Part shown: one piece after another, positions 1-7,996 of the stretch
Numbering within the stretch: the first letter of the stretch is position 1
Layout: every line of letters starts with the position of its first letter
Notes under the pieces: generated by a model
Told to the model about the DNA's origin: nothing
What the model saw: only the letters and a program-made list of their open reading frames with translations
The model's database searches: none
Origin: Burkholderiales bacterium
GTDB taxonomy: Bacteria > Pseudomonadota > Gammaproteobacteria > Burkholderiales > CAIKXV01
Direction: 5' to 3'
DNA length: 34,615 nt
Assembly (NCBI GenBank): GCA_014379045.1
Contig: JACMMK010000197.1
Location: 1 to 34,615 of the forward strand
Made by a program: the position numbers and the translations under genes

Positions 1-950
1 CCGGGCACGTCACCGGTGCCGCCTCGCGGCCGAGCGGTGAAATCGATCACCCACAGAGTGGCGACCAACACGCCTGCGACGGCGAGCGCGCCGGCCGCGA
101 TCGGGGCGCGCCAGCGGGAAGAAGGGGCGACGGTGGCGCTCTGCGCGAACTCACTGTCACGGATCGCGGCGCGCACATGCCGGGTCGACACCGCGTGGGT
201 GGTTTCCGAGAACGCCGCGAGCAAGGTCTTGTCGCCGAGCAGGTTCACGCGCCGCGTGAGCCCCGCCGACGCCCCGGCGATGGCCTTGACCACGCGGGGT
301 CCGAACACGTCGGGGCCGCGATAGCCGGCGGCGCGCATCCGAAAGTTCAGGTACAGGCCGATGTCGATCGCCGACAACGGCGCCAGCGCAAAGCTGTGCG
401 TGATGCGCTCGCGCAGCTGGCGGATGTCGGGTCGGCGCAGCAGCGCATCCAGTTCAGGCTGCCCGAACAACACGATCTGCAGCAGCTTGTGCCGGTCGGT
501 CTCGAGGTTAGACAGCAGGCGGATCTCCTCCAGCGTCGCGACCGGCATGCTCTGCGATTCTTCGACGAACAGCACGACCTGGCTGCCCGACGCGTGGCAG
601 TCGAGCAGGAGCGCGGTGAGTCGCTGCGTTGCTTCGAGCCGCCCCGCATCGGGCCGAAGATCGAGTTCGAGTTCATGCGCGATCGCGTGCACGATCTCGT
701 CGGGAGACACGCTCGGATTGGCAAGGTAGACACTCACGACCTCGGGCGGCAGCCGGGCCTGCAGCATTCTGCACAGCATCGTCTTGCCGCTGCCGACCTC
801 GCCAGTCACCTTGACGATGCCTTCACCCTGGCTGATCGCATACAGCAACGCATCGAGGATCGCGCCGCGATTACCGCCGGTGAAGAAGAAGTCGGTATTG
901 GGCGTGATCCGGAACGGCGCTTCACGCAGCCCGAAGAACTCGTGATACAT
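1..950 (-). CDS. ExeA/GspA/MshM-family AAA+ ATPase, 3'-truncated by the window edge (316 codons visible)
   Basis: Absent from the ORF track because no stop codon lies inside the window. Manual reverse-strand translation from the ATG (complement of 948-950) gives MYHEFFGLREAPFRITPNTDFFFTGGNRGAILDALLYAISQGEGIVKVTGEVGSGKTMLCRML... It has Walker A GEVGSGKT, a Walker-B-like VVLFVEESQ, and LLQIVLFGQPELD and IRQLRERI motifs typical of this family. A hydrophobic segment IAAGALAVAGVLVATLWVI sits near the left edge. Third codon positions are G/C-rich. Confidence 0.8.
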   Translation of the reverse strand, partial: MYHEFFGLREAPFRITPNTDFFFTGGNRGAILDALLYAISQGEGIVKVTGEVGSGKTMLCRMLQARLPPEVVSVYLANPSVSPDEIVHAIAHELELDLRPDAGRLEATQRLTALLLDCHASGSQVVLFVEESQSMPVATLEEIRLLSNLETDRHKLLQIVLFGQPELDALLRRPDIRQLRERITHSFALAPLSAIDIGLYLNFRMRAAGYRGPDVFGPRVVKAIAGASAGLTRRVNLLGDKTLLAAFSETTHAVSTRHVRAAIRDSEFAQSATVAPSSRWRAPIAAGALAVAGVLVATLWVIDFTARPRGGTGDVP

Positions 951-984
951 CAGCGTGCGCGTCCCGTTGCGAAGGTGCTGAGCA

Positions 985-2442
985 TCAGCGGTTTTCCGGC
1001 GCGTCGGTACCGCGCTCCCTGGCCTGCATCCGGCTGTAAAGCGTCGTGCGATGCAGCCCGAGCATGCGCGCCGCTTGCGCGAGGTTACCGTGAGTCAGGA
1101 ACAGGGCAGCTTCGATATAGCTTCGCTCCCAACTGCGTAACAGGCGATCGAGATCGACCGCGCGCACGCTGCCGAGGTGGCGGCGCGCGGCGTCGATCGC
1201 CTGGCGGTCGTCATCACCGTCGGCCGCCGAGGGGTAGAGGGCACCCGGTGCGCTTTCACCCGCGTCTACATCCATCTCCGCCAGCAACTGCGCAGCCGCG
1301 ACGCGCTGCCCCGGATATTTCGTCGACAACCGGATCACGATGTTGCGCAGCTCGCGCACGTTGCCCGGAAAACCGTATTCGAGCCAGAGCCGTTCGCTCT
1401 CGGCGTCGAGTTCGAACGGTGCGCGTGCGGCCGCGCTGGCGTAGTGAGCACTAAAGTGGTCGAGCAGCAGCCGTTTGTCCTGATCCAGATCGCGCAGCGG
1501 CGGCACGGTGATCGCGAACACCGACAGGCGGTGGTACAGGTCGCCACGAAAACGGCCGGCTTTGACCTCCTGGCGCAAGTCGCGATTCGTCGCGGCGATC
1601 ACCCGGGCATTCGAGTGCCGACTCGTCGTTTCGCCGATACGCTGAAACTCGCCGTTTTCGAGCACGCGCAACAGCTTCGACTGCAATTCGAACGGCAGCT
1701 CGCCGATCTCGTCGAGGAACAGGGTCGAATCGGCGGCGTCTTCGAAATAACCTGCGCGCGCGCCGATGGCGCCGGTGAACGCTCCTTTGGCGAAGCCGAA
1801 CAATGTCGGCTCGACCAGCGTGGGTGCGATGGCTGCGCAGTTCAGGGCGACCAGCGGGCGCGTTGCGTGACCGCTCTTGCGGTGCAGCGCGCGTGCGACC
1901 AGCTCCTTGCCGCTACCCGATTCACCTTCGATCAGTACCGGGAATGGGGCCGCCGCATACTGCTCGATCTGCTGGCGCAAGCGCTCGATCGCCGGGCTCG
2001 AACCGACGATTGCGCGCTCCGAACCGTCGACCGGACGCTCGGTCGCGAGCAGGCCGTGCGCGTTCGCGAGCAGTGCCTTCAAGCGGTCGGGCGAACACGG
2101 TTTGGCGACGAAGTCGATCGCCCCGATCGCTCGCGCATGGCGGGCATTCGCCTCGTCGTTCTGCCCCGAGAGCACGATGATCTTCATCTCGGGCGCTGCG
2201 GCGAGCAGTTCACCGATCAACCTGAAGCCTTCGTCGGGACGATGCGGCGACGGTGGCAGCCCGAGGTCGATAAGCGCCAGCCGGGGCGTGCGTTCGATCT
2301 GGCGCAGCAGGCTGTGCACCTGCGCGCGCGATGCGGCGACGAGCACCTCGTAGTCGGCGCTCAGCGTGAAGTCGAGCGTGTCGGTGATCAACGGATCGTC
2401 GTCGACGATCAGCAGATCGGGCTTGTTCGTGGCTTGCGCCAT
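985..2442 (-). CDS. sigma-54-dependent response regulator (NtrC-family bEBP; receiver + AAA+ + Fis-type HTH), PrsR-like receiver pattern
   Basis: Receiver domain DLLIVDDDP...ALIDLGLPPSPHRPDEGF...DFVAKP. AAA+ Walker A GESGSGKE and the sigma-54 contact loop GAFTGA are present, with a C-terminal HTH RTTLYSRM. I place the start at ATG 2442 (MAQATNKPDLLIVDDD). The track start at 2550 adds a 36-aa Pro/Phe/Leu-rich extension derived from a pyrimidine-rich leader. Confidence 0.9.
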   Translation of the reverse strand: MAQATNKPDLLIVDDDPLITDTLDFTLSADYEVLVAASRAQVHSLLRQIERTPRLALIDLGLPPSPHRPDEGFRLIGELLAAAPEMKIIVLSGQNDEANARHARAIGAIDFVAKPCSPDRLKALLANAHGLLATERPVDGSERAIVGSSPAIERLRQQIEQYAAAPFPVLIEGESGSGKELVARALHRKSGHATRPLVALNCAAIAPTLVEPTLFGFAKGAFTGAIGARAGYFEDAADSTLFLDEIGELPFELQSKLLRVLENGEFQRIGETTSRHSNARVIAATNRDLRQEVKAGRFRGDLYHRLSVFAITVPPLRDLDQDKRLLLDHFSAHYASAAARAPFELDAESERLWLEYGFPGNVRELRNIVIRLSTKYPGQRVAAAQLLAEMDVDAGESAPGALYPSAADGDDDRQAIDAARRHLGSVRAVDLDRLLRSWERSYIEAALFLTHGNLAQAARMLGLHRTTLYSRMQARERGTDAPENR

Positions 2443-2451
2443 GGCAGCGTA

Positions 2452-2459
2452 GGGGGGGG
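2452..2459. repeat. G8 homopolymer (C8 on the coding strand), 10-17 nt upstream of the response-regulator ATG
   Basis: Read directly: ...gccATGgcagcgtaGGGGGGGGcgg on the + strand. Confidence 0.9.
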
Positions 2460-2482
2460 CGGATCGGAATCGAAGTGGAAGA

Positions 2483-2504
2483 AGGAACCGGAAAGGAACC
2501 GGAA
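2483..2504. repeat. Perfect tandem duplication of an 11-mer (AGGAACCGGAA x2; TTCCGGTTCCT x2 on the gene strand) in the response-regulator leader
   Basis: Read directly: gaAGGAACCGGAAAGGAACCGGAAacg. It is embedded in a strongly strand-biased spacer (2443-2571) that is purine-rich on the + strand and carries further TTCC/TTCG units. Confidence 0.85.
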
Positions 2505-2571
2505 ACGTATGCGCAAGAGAAAATGGAAGAGCAAATGGCGAACGCAGCAAACATCCACCGTGGCTATCGTC

Positions 2572-3300
2572 TCACGCGCCTGCCTGCTCTATGCAGCGGA
2601 GAAATGCGGGTTCCAATGCGCTTTCAGCGTAACGCGCGACCAGCGCGTCAGGTGTACCCAGGAAAGCGACCCGCCCACGATGGATCACTGCCAGCCGGTC
2701 GCACAGCATGCCGACGTCGTCGAGCGCATGCGAACTGAAGAGCAGAGTGCGACCTTCACGGCGCAATCCGGCTAGCGCTTCGCGCACCAGCGCGCGCGCG
2801 CGCGGGTCGAGCCCGCTCATCGGCTCGTCGAGCACCGTCAGCACGCGCCCTGCGAGCAGGCAGGCGGCCAGACCGAGTTTCTGCGCCATCCCCTTGCTGT
2901 AGGTTCGCGCCGGGCGCGAGAGAGCCCGGGGATCGAAATCGAGCGCCTGCAATTGTGTTGCGGCAGCCGCTTCATCGAGCACGACGCCGCGCAATGCGCC
3001 GTGATAGCGCAGGTAATCGCCGCCGGTCAGATAGTAGGGGGGCGAGAAACGCTCCGGCAGCCAGGCGAGGTGCGCCCGAGCACGCGCGTCGCTGCTGGGC
3101 GAGCCGCAGACGTTGATCGTCCCCGCGTCGGCGCGAGAATAATCGAGCAGGCAGCGCAGCAGTGTCGTCTTGCCCGCGCCGTTGATGCCGATCAACGCGA
3201 AGCTCTCGCCCAGGTTCACCGAGAAGCTCACGCCGTGCGCGGCAAGCTGCGTGCCGTAGCTTCGCGTGACCTCCGAGAACTCCACCGCCACTGGCTGCAT
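2572..3300 (-). CDS. ABC transporter ATP-binding protein (no permease gene adjacent)
   Basis: Walker A GINGAGKTTLL, signature variant YSKGMAQKLGLA, Walker B VLTVLDEPMSGLD, H-loop SSHAL. ATG at 3298-3300. Confidence 0.85.
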   Translation of the reverse strand: MQPVAVEFSEVTRSYGTQLAAHGVSFSVNLGESFALIGINGAGKTTLLRCLLDYSRADAGTINVCGSPSSDARARAHLAWLPERFSPPYYLTGGDYLRYHGALRGVVLDEAAAATQLQALDFDPRALSRPARTYSKGMAQKLGLAACLLAGRVLTVLDEPMSGLDPRARALVREALAGLRREGRTLLFSSHALDDVGMLCDRLAVIHRGRVAFLGTPDALVARYAESALEPAFLRCIEQAGA

Positions 3301-3376
3301 CGTGTGTCGGACCGTTGCCCGCTTTCAACGCGTGGTGTCAGCAGCTAGAATAGCGCTTTCCACTTCCAGTTCGCGC

Positions 3377-4186
3377 GTGCCTTCGGACTTCGTAGAAATC
3401 TCCGGCCTGCATTTCGGTTACGGTCGCCGAAAAATCCTGAAGGGTCTCGATCTGCGCGTTCCGCGCGGAAAAGTGGTCTCCATCATGGGCGGCAGCGGCT
3501 GCGGTAAGACCACGCTGCTGCGAGTGATCGGCGGCGCGCTGCGCCCGTCGGCAGGTACGCTCATCGTCGATGGCGAGTCGGTCAATGAACTCGACCGCGA
3601 TGGGCTGTACCGTCTGCGCCGCAAGATGGGCATGTTGTTCCAGCTCGGTGCGCTGTTCACCGATCTGTCGGTGTTCGACAACGTCGCGTTTCCGATGCGC
3701 GAACGCACCGATCTGCCCGAGCCGATCGTGCGTGACCTGGTGCTGATGAAGCTGCACGCGGTCGGGCTGCGCGGTGCGTCGAAGCTGATGCCCAACGAAC
3801 TTTCCGGCGGCATGTCGCGGCGCGTTGCCCTGGCGCGCGCGGTCGCCCTCGACCCGCAATTGATCATGTACGACGAGCCGTTCACCGGGCTCGACCCTAT
3901 TTCTCTCGGCGTGATCAGCAATCTGATCCGGACCCTCAACGACGCGCTGGGTGCGACCTCGATCGTGGTTACCCACGACGTGCGCGAATCGATGAAGATC
4001 CTCGATTACTGCTACCTGATGGCTGAAGGGCAGATCGTCGCGCAGGGCACGCCTGCAGAAATGCTCGGGTCCGAGCTGCCCTATGCGCGTCAGTTCTTTC
4101 ATGGCGAGATCGACGGTGCCGTGCCGTTCCACTATCCAGGGACCGACTACGGTGCCGAACTCGGGCTCGCGACACGTGCTCGATAA
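3377..4186 (+). CDS. mlaF: phospholipid/Mla ABC transporter ATP-binding protein MlaF
   Basis: VEISGLHFGYG, Walker A GGSGCGKTTLL, signature LSGGMSRRVALARA, Walker B IMYDEPFTGLDP. It is followed by mlaEDCB. The start is uncertain. GTG 3377 avoids overlap with the divergent gene ending at 3300, but in-frame GTGs at 3302, 3332 and 3335 are also possible. No clear SD precedes any of them. Confidence 0.85.
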   Translation: MPSDFVEISGLHFGYGRRKILKGLDLRVPRGKVVSIMGGSGCGKTTLLRVIGGALRPSAGTLIVDGESVNELDRDGLYRLRRKMGMLFQLGALFTDLSVFDNVAFPMRERTDLPEPIVRDLVLMKLHAVGLRGASKLMPNELSGGMSRRVALARAVALDPQLIMYDEPFTGLDPISLGVISNLIRTLNDALGATSIVVTHDVRESMKILDYCYLMAEGQIVAQGTPAEMLGSELPYARQFFHGEIDGAVPFHYPGTDYGAELGLATRAR

Positions 4187-4970
4187 TAAGTGGTCGGCGG
4201 TGAGCGGATTGGGTCGCCAGGCAGTCGAAGCGTTCCTGCGGTTGGGGTATGCGACGCGCGTCCTCGGCTTGACCTTGATGAACTCGAACGTCAGTGCGCG
4301 CAGGCCGCGGCTGGTCGTGCGCGAGGTGTACTTTTCCGGCGTGCTGTCGCTGGTGATCATTCTCGTGTCGGGCCTGTTCGTCGGCATGGTGCTGGGCCTG
4401 CAGGGATACCAGACGCTGAAGGTGTACGGTGCCGAGTCCTCGCTCGGGGTATTGGTCGCGTTCTCGCTTCTGCGTGAACTCGGGCCGGTGATTACCGCGC
4501 TCCTGTTCGCGAGCCGTGCCGGGTCGGCAGTCACCGCCGAGATCGGCTTGATGAAGGCGACCGAGCAGTTGCGTGCGATGGAGATGATGGCGGTCGATCC
4601 GATCGCGCGCGTCGTCGCACCGCGCTTCTGGGCAGGCGTGATCTCGACCCCGCTGCTCACCGCGATGTTCACGGCGATGGGCATCTACGGCGGGTATCTG
4701 GTCGGTGTGATCCTGCTCGGCGTCGACCAGGGCTCGTTCTGGTCGCAGATGCAGAGTGCGGTCGATTTCCGCGAAGACGTCGTCAACGGCCTCCTCAAGA
4801 GCATCGCGTTCGGCATCGCGATTTCGTGGATTGCCGTGTTCGAGGGGTATGATGCGCCGCCTACGGCCGAGGGAGTGTCCGGCGCGACGACACGCACCGT
4901 GGTGACTTCGGCGCTCACTATTCTGTTCCTGGATTACATCCTCACTTCGCTCATGTTCAGGGGGTTCTGA
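4176..4970 (+). CDS. mlaE: Mla ABC transporter permease MlaE
   Basis: Near-collinear with remembered E. coli MlaE: GMVLGLQGY, LLRELGPV, GRAGSA.TAEIGLM.ATEQL..MEMMAVDP, PRFWAGVIS. GTG 4176 gives an N-terminus of E. coli-like length (MLDNKWSAVSGLG). GTG 4200 is the alternative. Confidence 0.85.
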   Translation: MLDNKWSAVSGLGRQAVEAFLRLGYATRVLGLTLMNSNVSARRPRLVVREVYFSGVLSLVIILVSGLFVGMVLGLQGYQTLKVYGAESSLGVLVAFSLLRELGPVITALLFASRAGSAVTAEIGLMKATEQLRAMEMMAVDPIARVVAPRFWAGVISTPLLTAMFTAMGIYGGYLVGVILLGVDQGSFWSQMQSAVDFREDVVNGLLKSIAFGIAISWIAVFEGYDAPPTAEGVSGATTRTVVTSALTILFLDYILTSLMFRGF

Positions 4971-5443
4971 TGGAACGATCGAGACTCGACGTCTGGGTCG
5001 GCGTGTTCGTGCTCGGCGGCCTGGCGGCGTTGCTGATTCTCGCGCTGAAGGTTGGTAATGCAGGCGATATGCTCGGTCGCGGCGATACGTACACGCTGAC
5101 CGCGCAATTCGAGAACATCGGCGGCCTGAAGCCGAAGGCGGCGGTGCGCAGTGCCGGCGTGGTGGTCGGACGCGTCGCGACGATCGATTACGATCCTGAA
5201 ACGTTCAATGCGATCGTCGTGTTCAAGATCGACCAGCGCTTCTCCCGCTTTCCGGTCGACACGTTCGCCAGTGTGTATACGACAGGCCTGCTCGGCGAGC
5301 AGTACGTTGCTCTGGCCCCCGGCGGCGACGAAAAGCTGCTGGTCGACGGCGCGCGCATCACGAAGACACAAAAAGCGGTCGTGCTCGAGGATCTGATCGG
5401 CCAGTTTCTGACCAGTCGTGCAGGGGAATCCTCGACCCAGTGA
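4970..5443 (+). CDS. mlaD: MlaD (MCE-domain periplasmic subunit)
   Basis: N-terminal anchor LDVWVGVFVLGGLAALLILALKVG followed by an MCE-like domain (GLKPKAAVRSAGVVVGRV). Its ATG overlaps the mlaE stop (TGATG). Confidence 0.85.
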   Translation: MERSRLDVWVGVFVLGGLAALLILALKVGNAGDMLGRGDTYTLTAQFENIGGLKPKAAVRSAGVVVGRVATIDYDPETFNAIVVFKIDQRFSRFPVDTFASVYTTGLLGEQYVALAPGGDEKLLVDGARITKTQKAVVLEDLIGQFLTSRAGESSTQ

Positions 5444-5656
5444 GCGCCGGGCGCGCTCGTTGCGCGCCTGATCGATCGATTCGGCACGACATCCTGTCGC
5501 GCTCTTGAGGCGTATCGATAATCAGGTTCGCGCGGTGTCGCGGTAGGCGATGTCGACGTCGTGTACCTTTTGCGTGCGTGAGCGTTATAGCCACTGCAGC
5601 AAGCTGGGCCAACTCTTGCATGCCCCTCCCGTTCCATACTTCACGATGAGCCTTCG

Positions 5657-6343
5657 ATGAATTCTCACTCCCCCCGTATCGCAGTTGCGCAGCGAACTTC
5701 GGTCTCCCGGCGCGGATTCACCCTGCTGCTCAGCGGTTTGCTGCTGCCTGGTTCCTATGCGGTCGTGACACCGGTGCGCGCACAGGACATGGCGCCGGAC
5801 CAGCTGGTGCGCGCGACGGTCGACAAAGTGATTGCGATCATCAAGGAAGACAAGGCGATCCAGGCCGGCGACATGCGTCGCATCCTCGAGGTCGCCGAAG
5901 CGAGCGCTGCAATCCACTTCAGTTTTCCGCGGATGACGCGGCTCGCAATGGGCGCCAACTGGAAGCAGGCGAGTGCTGCGCAGCAGGAAGCGCTGGTGCG
6001 CGAGTTCCGTGCGTTGCTGCTTCGTACGTACGCCGTCGCGTTGCGGGAATACCGCAATCAGGTGATCGAGGTCCGTCCGTTGAAGGTTGCCGCGGGCCAG
6101 AGCGAAGTACAGGTGAAGACGGTCGTCAATCAGTCGGGTGCGCAGGCGATCCCGATCGACTACGACATGGAGCGCACGCCGCAGGGGTGGAAGGTCTTTG
6201 ACGTGACGGTCGGTGGGGTGAGCCTGGTGGTGAATTTCCGGTCGAGCTTCGATAGTGAAGTCCGCAAGAACGGCGTCGACGGGCTGATCAAGTCTCTCAG
6301 CGAGCGCAACAGCGGTGCGGCTGCAGGAACCCCGAGGAAGTGA
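5657..6343 (+). CDS. mlaC: MlaC/Ttg2D-type periplasmic phospholipid-binding protein
   Basis: Signal peptide followed by the typical toluene-tolerance (Ttg2D) pattern: F.RM.RLAMG.NWK, GWKVFDV.V.GVSLV.NFRS.F. The operon position also fits. Confidence 0.8.
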   Translation: MNSHSPRIAVAQRTSVSRRGFTLLLSGLLLPGSYAVVTPVRAQDMAPDQLVRATVDKVIAIIKEDKAIQAGDMRRILEVAEASAAIHFSFPRMTRLAMGANWKQASAAQQEALVREFRALLLRTYAVALREYRNQVIEVRPLKVAAGQSEVQVKTVVNQSGAQAIPIDYDMERTPQGWKVFDVTVGGVSLVVNFRSSFDSEVRKNGVDGLIKSLSERNSGAAAGTPRK

Positions 6344-6654
6344 TCGCCGAGGGCGGGCTGACAGGCGCGGACGGACTGTTCCGGGTCGAGGGGGCGTTGA
6401 CGATCGAGCGCGTTCCCGAGGTGCTCGAGGCGAGCGTAACGCGGCTCGCTGCGAGCGCGGAGCGAGAGCTCGTGATCGACCTGGGCGGCCTCGACGATTT
6501 CGATTCTGCGGCACTCGGTGCAATGCTCGAATGGCAACGGCGGGTCGGGGCGACCGGCGGGCACATCACTTTCACCAGGCTTCCGCCGAAACTCGAGACG
6601 CTTGCGCGCCTGTACGGCGTGAGCGATCTGCTGACGACTGCGTCGAGCGCGTGA
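6340..6654 (+). CDS. mlaB: MlaB (STAS-domain accessory protein)
   Basis: 104 aa. STAS-like pattern LVIDLGGLDDFDSAALGAMLEW. The GTG start overlaps the mlaC stop (GTGA). Confidence 0.75.
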   Translation: MIAEGGLTGADGLFRVEGALTIERVPEVLEASVTRLAASAERELVIDLGGLDDFDSAALGAMLEWQRRVGATGGHITFTRLPPKLETLARLYGVSDLLTTASSA

Positions 6655-6697
6655 CCGACACGCAGGTCGATGTCGAGACGTGCGAGCGTAGAACCCG

Positions 6698-7603
6698 ATG
6701 ACCGCTGCGATCTCAATCGAGCGACTGTGCAAGCGCTACGGCAACTTGATCGCCCTCGACGACGTCGACCTGAACATCGAGCCCGGTGAGTTCTTCGGCC
6801 TGCTGGGACCGAACGGCGCAGGCAAAACCACGCTGATCAGCATCCTCGCCGGGCTCGCTCGGGCGAGCAGCGGACGCGCTTCGGTGATGGGGCACGATGT
6901 CGTCGACGACTATCTGGCGGCACGGCGAGAACTCGGAGTCGTTCCCCAGGAGCTGGTGTTCGATCCCTTCTTCACCGTGCGTGAGACGCTGCGCAACCAG
7001 TCGGGCTATTTCGGGCTGCGCAACAACGATGCGTGGATCGATGAGCTGCTGGTAAGCCTCGATCTGGCGAACAAGGCCGGTACCAACATGCGGGCGTTGT
7101 CGGGCGGCATGAAGCGACGCGTCCTCGTGGCTCAGGCGTTGGTGCACAAGCCCCCTGTCGTGGTGCTCGACGAGCCGACCGCCGGCGTCGATGTCGCGCT
7201 GCGCCAGGGGCTCTGGGAGTTCATCGGTCGGTTGAACCGGGCCGGGCATACGATCGTGCTGACCACGCACTATCTGGAGGAGGCGGAAGCGCTTTGCAAC
7301 CGCATCGCGATGCTGAAACATGGGCGCATCGTCGCGCTCGATACCACCGCAAACCTGCTGCGCGCGGCGCGTCACGCGCACAAGACGGTGCGGCTGCGCC
7401 TCGACTCGTCTACGCTTCCCGCCGCGATCACTGCGCGCGCGTTCACGCGCGAAGGGGACTCGATTTCGATCGCGCTGGACGATTACGGTGATCTCGAGCG
7501 GTTGCTGGCGGATCTGCGGGGCTGCGGCGAGTCGATCCGCGAGCTCGAGATCGTGCAGCCGGACCTGCAGGACGTGTTCCTGCAGGTGATGACCCGGCAC
7601 TGA
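6698..7603 (+). CDS. ABC-2-type transporter ATP-binding protein (YadG-like), permease partner absent
   Basis: Walker A GPNGAGKTTLI, signature LSGGMKRRVLVAQA, Walker B VVVLDEPTAGVD, H-loop TTHYLEEAE, plus a C-terminal extension typical of YadG-like ATPases. Confidence 0.85.
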   Translation: MTAAISIERLCKRYGNLIALDDVDLNIEPGEFFGLLGPNGAGKTTLISILAGLARASSGRASVMGHDVVDDYLAARRELGVVPQELVFDPFFTVRETLRNQSGYFGLRNNDAWIDELLVSLDLANKAGTNMRALSGGMKRRVLVAQALVHKPPVVVLDEPTAGVDVALRQGLWEFIGRLNRAGHTIVLTTHYLEEAEALCNRIAMLKHGRIVALDTTANLLRAARHAHKTVRLRLDSSTLPAAITARAFTREGDSISIALDDYGDLERLLADLRGCGESIRELEIVQPDLQDVFLQVMTRH

Positions 7604-7642
7604 AGGGCCGGGCGAGAGTCGGCGCCAGTGCGTTGCGCGGGT

Positions 7643-7996
7643 TTAGCGCCGCGCGAACCCGATCGGCACTCCCAGCGCGCGCGCCATCCGGCGCACGATC
7701 GGTGGGCGCAGCGCGTGCACCTGGATGCGACGCACGCCTGCAAGGAGTGGCGAGCGGTGACTCGTTCGCGGCACGCTCGCGGCGGCGAGCGACTCACCGG
7801 TCCAGCCGCCCGTCGGGTCGACACGCTTGTTCAAGCCGAAGCCTTGCGCCAGTACCCGTTCGAGGGTGCGCCAGAACCGAAGGTGTTCGAGCACCGGGTT
7901 GAGCAGGTTGGTTACCGTACAGTAGTGAGTGTTCTTGTCGCCCTGATGATGGCGCGCGTGCTCGCGCGGCGTCTGCAGCAGGTGCAAGGATCCCAT
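7643..7996 (-). CDS. hypothetical ORF, possibly the 3' remnant of a His-cluster (HARHH) enzyme
   Basis: 117 codons with G/C-rich third positions. Contains REHARHHQGDKNTHY. I could not assign a family. It starts only 25 nt from the divergent ORF at 8022. Confidence 0.3.
   Translation of the reverse strand: MGSLHLLQTPREHARHHQGDKNTHYCTVTNLLNPVLEHLRFWRTLERVLAQGFGLNKRVDPTGGWTGESLAAASVPRTSHRSPLLAGVRRIQVHALRPPIVRRMARALGVPIGFARR

Noticed and set aside
177-1454. 425-aa plus-strand ORF spanning the left end
   Set aside because: It is Arg/Ala/Pro-rich with no recognisable motif. It lies antisense to two genes with clear family signatures (ExeA-like ATPase and bEBP), so it is a typical shadow ORF of GC-rich DNA.
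2443-2550. 36-aa N-terminal extension of the response regulator (track start 2550)
   Set aside because: The extension (MLRSPFALPFSLAHTFPVPFRFLLPLRF...) is a translation of the pyrimidine-rich repeat leader. Receiver domains normally begin a few residues before the DD pair, which fits ATG 2442.
2443-2571. Sigma-54 promoter upstream of the bEBP gene (TGGATGTTTGCTGC on the gene strand)
   Set aside because: The GG-to-GC spacing is about 4 nt too short for a -24/-12 promoter.
1177-2775. 532-aa plus-strand ORF
   Set aside because: It lies antisense to the sigma-54 regulator and runs across the intergenic repeat region. The composition is Arg-rich and there are no motifs.
3338-4684. 448-aa minus-strand ORF
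   Set aside because: It lies antisense to mlaF and mlaE, both of which are unambiguous.
5585-6523. 312-aa minus-strand ORF
   Set aside because: It lies antisense to mlaC and mlaB. It is Arg-rich with no motifs.
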